DNA of 64,000 nucleotides from a virus: IMG/VR virus record IMGVR_UViG_3300036770_006330; one strand, 5' to 3'. Shown piece by piece: positions 56,659 to 64,000 of this stretch (position 1 is its first letter; each line of letters starts with the position of its first letter). The notes under the pieces were generated by a model. It saw only the letters and a program-made list of their open reading frames with translations, ran no database searches and was not told where the DNA came from. The position numbers and the translations under genes were made by a program.

Positions 56659-59600
56659 GTGGGAAACTCTAATCCAGATTTTGCGAATAAAGCCCTAAGG
56701 GACATTTCGCGACGCGGTGATTTCGAAATTGAGTTTGTACCCACGCTTGCCACCAAGGCGGATAAATCTCCGAAGACTGACGAAGCAGAAAAAGAAAAGT
56801 CGTACGCCAACGCGTATGACGAATACATCAAAACATGGGAGCCGGGTGACGTTCTCCCCATTGTCCCACCAGGAATAAAGTGGCATCTTTGCAGATTTAA
56901 TCCAAGCCGTCTTGCCCAAGAATCTGAAGTTTTTGAGGTCGAGGGGCAGCCATCTGGGCTAAAACAAAAAAGTCTTGAGGACCAGATTGAAATCGATTAC
57001 AAGGTACTCGGCAGAAAATTGAGAGATAGCGTTGAGTCGCTGCTTCGAAGAGCGGCAGGTGCACGCGGACTTTGGGTGGACGACAAGAATAAACTTAGGT
57101 GTCCTCCGGGTACTCCAGCCGCAAACCAGTTTACCGACATCACGGGAGCAAACTGTTTCATTCCGACACCCCGTACAGCCGCGCAGAGTGGTGCGCGAGC
57201 AGTGAGGCGAGCAGCACAGGGCGCAATGGCCCGCGGAGCACAAGTCGGAGAGCGAGTACCCGAGACATTCGATTTCGCCCGTGCGACCCAAGCCCAAATA
57301 CAAGAGCTTGGATTTGAACGCGCACAAGAAGTGATGGCTGTCGGCGGAAGAATATCTCCTCCAGATGGAACAATTCCAACCGTCATTTCTGGAGCAATGA
57401 ATGTTCCAAACGCTCTTCGAATAGGAGCCCCAAGACCACAACAGCAAAGACAAGGAAGGGGTTCTGGTTTCCGTGGAGCGCCTCCCGGGAAGGGGGGAGC
57501 CCAAGGTGTGTGGCTACCAGGCCTTCGTGAGCAAATCTATAGAGGCAAAAGACTTACAGAACTTGCTGATTCACTAGACCAAAGAATAAGAAATCCGAAA
57601 TTGCCGAACGGACTGTTTCTGCCAACCGGAATGCCAGTTGGCGACATTAGAAATAAGCAAGAGTTCGTAAATGCCCTAAGCGCAATTTTCCCCAATGTTG
57701 ACCCGGCCGAATGGGGACAATTGTTTGATAACTCAATTCCACAAAATTTGTCTTACGTTGAGAAAAAACGCCTAAAGGAAGCGCTCGTATCATTTTGGCA
57801 AGGAATAATTGCTGAGGGAATTGCGAATCCACAGCACGCTCAGTGGGTTACTCAGATGAATATTGAAACAACTGGCGAAGACGCTTTTCGTGTTGACCTA
57901 ACGCCATACGCTCCGGACATTGTTTATGGCGGAAGACGAGCGTCTGCCACGGCGCTAAAACTGCAAAGCGGGCAAAAGGCATACGAAACAGGCGGTGTGC
58001 ACTTCTCCCTAAACATCAACCCTTTAAAGATGTATCAGCAAGCATTGGGAATAGGGTTCGATAAAAACGGCCGTGCCAACGGCGTTGTTGACTCAATCCA
58101 GGGTGATATGCATTATATGGCAACGCATGAGTTTGGGCATATTGCGCACTTCAGCTCAGCAATGCGCGCGCTTGGGTTTGACCCTAATAATTTGAACAGG
58201 TACCAACTGCAGCGCTCGCTTGTGGCTGGACAAGGTGGCCCACAGTGGCAACCGAAGGAAGGTGTTGGGGCTTGGGTTATCGATTTCACAAAAGCCAAAA
58301 ACCCTCTGAATAGCCCAAGTATTGACCTACTTATCGACGCTGCTCAAAACCTCAGGACAAGAACGTATACAGGGTATCGAACCTATTCGCGACAAGAGCT
58401 CGAGCGAGACCTTAACAATTTCCACATGGCCCTTCACGAGGCCGTACTCAATAACATCACCGATACGGCCGAAGAGCGTGAATTGATGAATCAGTTCGCA
58501 GGCGGCGCCTATGGCGCATCAAGCCCGATTGAGGTTCGCGCAGAATATTACGCAGCGCGCAGGCTTTTCAGCGGAGAAAAGGGACAACAAGACAATGTTG
58601 ACCTATTTGCAGATGCTCTTTCCAAGGCGCAGAATTCTCCATATAACGCGCAGCAAATCCGCCAAATACTGGATGATTCGGGCAAAAGAACGTTTGGCGT
58701 GTCCGGGCGAAACTGGAATATCAGCGGAAGAATGCAGTCGGCACAAAATCAACAACCGTCCCTTAAGACGAGGGCGGTTAGACGTGCGGTAGCCCAGCAG
58801 GGCGGAGGACGCAGGTCGTCGGGGAGCATATCTGGCTCAATGAGGGCTCCAGGAGTCGATAGGAGCGTCGCGAGTTCTAGAGACTGGAAAGCAGACGACA
58901 CATTAAACAATCGATTCAATATTGAGGGCGAGCTATTCTCGGCGCGCGACATAGAAGCATCATTGCCGTCGATGATACGCACAACTCGCACAACCCAGCC
59001 AAGACAGCTTCGGTCAATATCTGGAAGTATGAAAATGATGGCTGACCCTGATGCGCGTCCGTACGGCAAAATACGAGATGGTGGAAATATTAGAGACATT
59101 GAAGTTGAGGGCAAGCAGTACTCATTTAATGGTGAAAAAATAATTTTTGATAACCCTGAAATATCTTACGAGGACCAATCAGTAAAAGTAATTGCGCGAA
59201 ATCCATTTGCGATAACGGGCATGGACGAAACCAGCACAAAGGGTAGGCAGCTGGCGGAGAAGTGGACGGCAGCACACATAGGAAACGGCTTAGACAGCGG
59301 CCGTGAATCCACAGAAATTGATGCACTCCTGTACGCGGGAACAAGGGGCGACACGGAAGCCATGGAGGAATTCGAAAGACTTGCAGGCATTGGACAGCAA
59401 GCGATTGACGATAAGAAGAGACAACAAAAGACAGAAGTAAACTTAAGCCAATCTCAGTTGTCGGAAATACGTCGTGAAGGCCTGGATGACTTGAGTGTGG
59501 ATGACCTATACATAATCCACGAGACCGGCTACACACCGCAACCAGATGCAAACGGTGATATTGAAATAAAACCGCTGTCCGATTTCGACACGACAACCAA

Positions 59601-62559
59601 GACTGGTTCGAAGATTCGCTATCCAAGACATACTGTGCATTTTGGCGTTAACCACATGGCTGGTGGGCATGTTTTCAGGCAAAGGTCGGACCGCGACACC
59701 GACATAGTGATTATTCCGCTATCAGAAATGATGAAAGCAAACCCAGATTCTCTAGACACTTTGCACTCTGTCGATACATACTTCACCCCGAAGCCAGGTG
59801 AGGGGCTCAAAATGAAGGCTGGGACCTACAGAATCATAAAGGGTACGCCAGACGAAGACGACACGCGAAAGCGAGTTGAGGAAACGCTAAAGGATATGGG
59901 TGCCAAGAAAATCTTTCCTGGTAGCACAGCTGAAGGAAGCACCTCTGGCGTTGATTTAGCGCTATGGAAACTTAGCGCTGAGCTTGGAGTTTCTCATGGC
60001 CTGCATTCAAACAATCCTGCAGGCCAAATAGAAAATTATGTGACACGTATGCGAGCTCAGGGCAGAAAGGCCGACCCAAATATCGGAGCTGATAGTGCTG
60101 CACGAATGAGCCGCAACGCTAGGATGCGAATGGGAGTGACGAACTACTGGCAAAGCTCAGACCTGAGCTACGGCAGGGGTGATTCAATTAGCGGATTCAT
60201 GAGAGCTCCCAATTCAACGCCGAGATACCCACGAACACCGTCGTACGGGCCGATGCTTGGCAGGACAAATGAAATCTTCGACGGTGTTAAAGACTGGAAT
60301 GATTTCAAGAGCCGTTATAACGATACGGACATTGTGTTCATCGACTACGAGACAACGGGTCTTGTTTTTGACGAATTTGGTCGTGCGTCATCAAATGGGG
60401 CCCCTGTGCAGATTGGTGCCGTCAGAGTTCGCAATGGGCAAGTTGTGGACAGAATGAATACTTTTATAAATCCCGGTAAACCCATGTCCGAGTGGGAGCA
60501 ATGGTCGCGCGACAATCTGCGAGGACCAGACGGGAACCCACTAACCGACGATTTCCTGGGCGACAAACCATCAATTTCTGATGCTCACAGAATGCTTGCG
60601 GAGTTTGCCGGACCGGACGCAATTATGGGTGTTCAAAACGCTGCATTTGACAAGAACGTGCTTGATGATGCGCTGCGCGAATCGGGAATCGACTGGACAC
60701 CAAGCGGATGGATAGACCTCAAAGATATGGCATCGATGACGTTGCCAAGATATTCAGACGAAAATCCTGATGGGCCGTTCAAGTTTGACAAGAAAAAAGG
60801 CAAAAATGTTCCATCCAACGGACTGGCAGATATTACAAAGTACCTAGGAGTTGACCTGGGTGACAAACACCACACGGCGGACGCAGATGCTGAAGCGACT
60901 GCGGAATCAATGCGAAAGCTCATAGATGGAGCGATAGAAAAGAATTGGTCTTCTGATGTATTGACCAGGTCTCGCAGGGATTCATATGTAAGCAGACAGC
61001 AGGACCAATTCAATAAAGATATCGCAACATTTGAGTCAGACTTGGCAGAATACAAACAGACAGCCGTATCCGGCAAGATGACCACAACGCCAAGAAATTC
61101 AAACATACTTGATTCTGTAAAACAAAAGGCAAAAGGCTCGACTTTTGGTTCTAACACTACTCGTGAATACATAGACTCACTTCCTTCAAAAATGCGCTGG
61201 ATGGCACAGACCCTTGAGGAAAGCGAGCCAGGACGCATTGCGGCGCGACGAGAGATTGTAGCGGGCCTCAAGCAATTTGCCACAAACGGTGAAACAGAAA
61301 ATCCAGAATTGCAGTTGGGGCGCATCACAAATGGACTCGACCCTGAGTTCTTCAGGTATCTACAAACTGCGGATGAAAACGAGCTATTGGCTGATTTACG
61401 TCAGGCCGGAATCGAATTTCATTCTGGAATCAACATCGAACCAGTATCAATGGTTCGCGCCGACAATATCATGGACGTAATAAATAATGGTGTAAAGCCA
61501 AACCCGAAGGCTGCCGGAATCGGTAAAATCTATGAGGCAGATATTGGAATTCACCCCGATACCGAAAACAGCTTAAGACCAGTTGTAGCCCAGGCCGTAC
61601 ATACTGACACTCTTGCGGCGGAAACTGCGGAAATAGAGAAATTTTTCAGGGAAAACAACTTAGATTTTGATGGTTCGAGATACAACATCGACCTTGTTGA
61701 CAGAACTCCATATCGGCGAAATAGGGACACTTCGCTTGCGTCAGGGGAAGTGGAACTGATACTCAGGCCGGATGTTGCACAACGCACTGCGTACGGAAAT
61801 GGCAGCGCAATAAATAACCATATCTTCCCAGTCTCAATGACGTCATCTGACCCAGACGCAATTGGGAGAGCAGTCATCGACCCCAATGGCAGGGCTGATG
61901 ACAGAGACGAGAATATCGTTGAGCTTCTGTACGGAAAGTTCAAAGGCAACTACAACGCCTACAGAACCGACAATGGCAAGACGCGTCCACAGATGGCGGG
62001 CCGCTGGTCAGGCAGGGACGCACTAATTCTTGGGGGCATAGAGCCAGGCGATATTCAAGAAATTCGCATCCCGTTCAATTCAATAGTGCCCGCAGAAACG
62101 CACAGAGAAGCATCGGCATTGCGTCCAGGCGACATTCCGTTTGGGGACATTTCCTCGGACGCAACAATACGCGACGCTGCCACAAAGAAAAATATACCCA
62201 TATTCCAAATCGTGTCTGACATTGCGAACGGGGTTGACCCATACGAGGCGATGCCAGAGAGCATATGGTCACGGATAAACGATGTTGGAAGCTATAGCGA
62301 ATTAGCTTCAGTTCAGTCAAAATTGGCAAAAGTAATCGCAGCTCGAGAAATCCGAGACAGGGCAAATGCCTTTGACATAAAGACATCCTTTACCAACCAG
62401 TATGGTTTGGATGTCTTCAATGGAAAAACATTTTCGTCGTTGGCTCGTGCCAACTCTGAGGCGGAAAATGTGCTCCGAGCACGAAGGCGTGACATTATTG
62501 AAGAACTCATTAAGGACCTGAGGCGCGTGAAAAACGAAATGGGCAAGGCCACTAAATGA
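56659..62559 (+). CDS. giant multidomain protein: zincin metallopeptidase, DEDDh 3'-5' exonuclease and unknown domains
   Basis: HEFGH...EVRAE; IDYETTG...NAAFD...HTADAD; 1966 aa in the head module. Confidence 0.8.
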   Translation: MGNSNPDFANKALRDISRRGDFEIEFVPTLATKADKSPKTDEAEKEKSYANAYDEYIKTWEPGDVLPIVPPGIKWHLCRFNPSRLAQESEVFEVEGQPSGLKQKSLEDQIEIDYKVLGRKLRDSVESLLRRAAGARGLWVDDKNKLRCPPGTPAANQFTDITGANCFIPTPRTAAQSGARAVRRAAQGAMARGAQVGERVPETFDFARATQAQIQELGFERAQEVMAVGGRISPPDGTIPTVISGAMNVPNALRIGAPRPQQQRQGRGSGFRGAPPGKGGAQGVWLPGLREQIYRGKRLTELADSLDQRIRNPKLPNGLFLPTGMPVGDIRNKQEFVNALSAIFPNVDPAEWGQLFDNSIPQNLSYVEKKRLKEALVSFWQGIIAEGIANPQHAQWVTQMNIETTGEDAFRVDLTPYAPDIVYGGRRASATALKLQSGQKAYETGGVHFSLNINPLKMYQQALGIGFDKNGRANGVVDSIQGDMHYMATHEFGHIAHFSSAMRALGFDPNNLNRYQLQRSLVAGQGGPQWQPKEGVGAWVIDFTKAKNPLNSPSIDLLIDAAQNLRTRTYTGYRTYSRQELERDLNNFHMALHEAVLNNITDTAEERELMNQFAGGAYGASSPIEVRAEYYAARRLFSGEKGQQDNVDLFADALSKAQNSPYNAQQIRQILDDSGKRTFGVSGRNWNISGRMQSAQNQQPSLKTRAVRRAVAQQGGGRRSSGSISGSMRAPGVDRSVASSRDWKADDTLNNRFNIEGELFSARDIEASLPSMIRTTRTTQPRQLRSISGSMKMMADPDARPYGKIRDGGNIRDIEVEGKQYSFNGEKIIFDNPEISYEDQSVKVIARNPFAITGMDETSTKGRQLAEKWTAAHIGNGLDSGRESTEIDALLYAGTRGDTEAMEEFERLAGIGQQAIDDKKRQQKTEVNLSQSQLSEIRREGLDDLSVDDLYIIHETGYTPQPDANGDIEIKPLSDFDTTTKTGSKIRYPRHTVHFGVNHMAGGHVFRQRSDRDTDIVIIPLSEMMKANPDSLDTLHSVDTYFTPKPGEGLKMKAGTYRIIKGTPDEDDTRKRVEETLKDMGAKKIFPGSTAEGSTSGVDLALWKLSAELGVSHGLHSNNPAGQIENYVTRMRAQGRKADPNIGADSAARMSRNARMRMGVTNYWQSSDLSYGRGDSISGFMRAPNSTPRYPRTPSYGPMLGRTNEIFDGVKDWNDFKSRYNDTDIVFIDYETTGLVFDEFGRASSNGAPVQIGAVRVRNGQVVDRMNTFINPGKPMSEWEQWSRDNLRGPDGNPLTDDFLGDKPSISDAHRMLAEFAGPDAIMGVQNAAFDKNVLDDALRESGIDWTPSGWIDLKDMASMTLPRYSDENPDGPFKFDKKKGKNVPSNGLADITKYLGVDLGDKHHTADADAEATAESMRKLIDGAIEKNWSSDVLTRSRRDSYVSRQQDQFNKDIATFESDLAEYKQTAVSGKMTTTPRNSNILDSVKQKAKGSTFGSNTTREYIDSLPSKMRWMAQTLEESEPGRIAARREIVAGLKQFATNGETENPELQLGRITNGLDPEFFRYLQTADENELLADLRQAGIEFHSGINIEPVSMVRADNIMDVINNGVKPNPKAAGIGKIYEADIGIHPDTENSLRPVVAQAVHTDTLAAETAEIEKFFRENNLDFDGSRYNIDLVDRTPYRRNRDTSLASGEVELILRPDVAQRTAYGNGSAINNHIFPVSMTSSDPDAIGRAVIDPNGRADDRDENIVELLYGKFKGNYNAYRTDNGKTRPQMAGRWSGRDALILGGIEPGDIQEIRIPFNSIVPAETHREASALRPGDIPFGDISSDATIRDAATKKNIPIFQIVSDIANGVDPYEAMPESIWSRINDVGSYSELASVQSKLAKVIAAREIRDRANAFDIKTSFTNQYGLDVFNGKTFSSLARANSEAENVLRARRRDIIEELIKDLRRVKNEMGKATK

Positions 62560-62897
62560 AAAAGTATTTGATGGCCACCGTGGGTGAAACTGGAAGGTTA
62601 TACTTTGTTCCCGAAGGCGATAAATACAATGGCGTATTTGTTGACAAGGGAAAGATGTTGGTTGTTCCAATATTCGACTTCATACACCGAAATTCAGACG
62701 TAGAGCCGATAAAGCAGACCAACCGGCAGAAAAAATTTTGGAAAATGGATTTCAATGACCCTCGTTGGGCCCGCGAGCATTTTGTCGAACTAAAAAACTC
62801 CACGTCTGGGAACAAGTACAATCGCCGGGCCAGGGTGACAATGGATGCCATTGATGACATCTCGTCATCGCGCCAAAAGCGAAGACCAAACAACTAA
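62556..62897 (+). CDS. hypothetical protein
   Basis: 113 aa, ATGA-coupled to the giant gene. Confidence 0.55.
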   Translation: MKKYLMATVGETGRLYFVPEGDKYNGVFVDKGKMLVVPIFDFIHRNSDVEPIKQTNRQKKFWKMDFNDPRWAREHFVELKNSTSGNKYNRRARVTMDAIDDISSSRQKRRPNN

Positions 62898-62934
62898 TTG
62901 ACATGTATTTATATAGAGATATTTTGCGTACAAT
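62898..62934 (+). promoter_or_regulatory. putative promoter
   Basis: TTGACA-N16-TATTTT and a nearby TACAAT; AATTGACAT occurs twice; AAGGAG RBS downstream. Confidence 0.45.
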
Positions 62935-62974
62935 TGACATTGGGGCGCAATTATGAGTCGGCAAAGGAGTTGCT

Positions 62975-63616
62975 GTGGACCTCATTAAACAAATTCTTGA
63001 TGGCAAGCTGGTGATTGCCGACAGCGAGAAAGCAGACCCAGCTGGTGCTGTAATTCCACAGGAGCGAATCACGGGAGACGTTCTCAAAGGAAGAGGGCCG
63101 AGGCGCGGAAACCTAGAGCGACTCCTAAGGTACTGGCGACCGATAATGAGAAAACCTGGCGGATTTAGAAGATGCCGGGTTATCCTTGCTGACCATCCAG
63201 AGCTATACCCGCTCAACAATATTTGCGCTTGGCTTCACCACGAGACGACAGGTCTTTGGCCAAACGAAGGTTGCCATCACCCCAACATGAAGAATTGCAA
63301 AAAGAAAATACGAGGCGTTGTGAGGGGCAGTGTTTGGAGCGATGAGGAATTCGACAACAGACTTCGAAAGCTCACTTCTCGTGCTGGTCGGAAATCGATG
63401 GGTTTTGCGGGAGTCCGTGCTGCCGACGAACCATTCGCCCCAGTTATTACGGATGAAGATTGGACACACGCAATTAAGGTTCTGCAGGACTTCACGGAGA
63501 TGGAACCTGATTTTGTTAAGTACATTCAGGATGACCAAAACTGGGAACACGAACACGGTTTCAAGGTTGAACAAATGAATTTGGAGCCAATGGATGAAAA
63601 CAATATTGAATTCTGA
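62975..63616 (+). CDS. head-module hypothetical protein
   Basis: GNLERLLRYW..PGGFRRC...ICAWLHHETTGLWP putative metal-binding motif. Confidence 0.65.
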   Translation: MDLIKQILDGKLVIADSEKADPAGAVIPQERITGDVLKGRGPRRGNLERLLRYWRPIMRKPGGFRRCRVILADHPELYPLNNICAWLHHETTGLWPNEGCHHPNMKNCKKKIRGVVRGSVWSDEEFDNRLRKLTSRAGRKSMGFAGVRAADEPFAPVITDEDWTHAIKVLQDFTEMEPDFVKYIQDDQNWEHEHGFKVEQMNLEPMDENNIEF

Positions 63617-64000
63617 TTGTTGCGGAGCCGGCGCGTCGAAGCCGGTAATTAGAACACGCTACATTTCTCCAGGGCTTGCTGTTTCGCGCCCAAACGCCTT
63701 CCTTGCACCTCTTAGTTCATTTGACAGTAAGGAAAACGCAGTTAAATATAAGTGTGCAATGCAGCGTTCTGGAGGCAAAAGAGACTACAGCGTCAAAGTT
63801 GGAGTAACTGGTTCAGAAAGCAGAATTCTTCAGTCACTGCAAGGTCTTGGAAGTGCTATTACACCAGGAAACTTTTCAAATGTGAGGAGTCCTGTGCGTT
63901 CACGGATATATTCAGCCCTTACTCCTGGTGGCGGACGTGGCGTACCTGGTGGCTTTGGCGCGCTGAAACCAGAACGCGGATACCGATGCCCAGAGGGGTA
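63594..64000 (+). CDS. head-module protein, 3'-truncated (not in ORF track)
   Basis: Open from ATG 63594 to window end (MKTILNSDCCG...GYRCPEG). Confidence 0.65.
   Translation, partial: MKTILNSDCCGAGASKPVIRTRYISPGLAVSRPNAFLAPLSSFDSKENAVKYKCAMQRSGGKRDYSVKVGVTGSESRILQSLQGLGSAITPGNFSNVRSPVRSRIYSALTPGGGRGVPGGFGALKPERGYRCPEG

Noticed and set aside
1-64000. Alternative genetic code, tRNAs, introns or inteins
   Set aside because: Genes tile fully under the standard code; intergenic gaps show no cloverleaf; terL and portal are uninterrupted

Overview
A 64-kb segment of a large tailed phage with a contractile (myovirus-type) tail. Host is probably an actinobacterium, a weak inference from leaderless starts, extended -10 promoters and the RBS style. 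It uses the standard genetic code, is densely coded, and shows no tRNA, rRNA, CRISPR array, integrase or reverse transcriptase. There are three blocks. (1) 1-25.7 kb (+): a modular tail-fibre/receptor-binding array interleaved with modification enzymes, namely six 2OG-Fe(II) oxygenases, a U32-family Fe-S/methyltransferase fusion, three DUF6065-like proteins, a membrane protein and small Cys-rich proteins. (2) 25.7-49.6 kb (-): terminase large subunit, a recombination operon (Sak/Rad52, PD-(D/E)XK exonuclease, HNH, RuvC, ParB-like), neck, sheath, tube, tail assembly chaperone with a -1 frameshift, tape measure, baseplate and a fibre with a Pro/Tyr-repeat, Cys-rich tip. (3) 49.7-64 kb (+): portal-gpF fusion, an extended prohead protease, an acidic PepSY protein and a 1966-aa multi-enzyme protein. 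Best candidates for undescribed systems: (a) a recurring [IV]SGxM motif that delimits the domains of the 1966-aa protein and also occurs in the protease and tape measure, suggesting a virion polyprotein processing or packaging code; (b) repeated 'fibre shaft - tip - maturation enzymes' cassettes suggesting post-translational tailoring (hydroxylation, Cys chemistry) of fibre tips such as the (PPYF)n protein; (c) a self-contained ~135-nt structured RNA with 15-bp complementarity to the 16S rRNA 3' end. All family assignments come from motif recognition by eye, not database searches.
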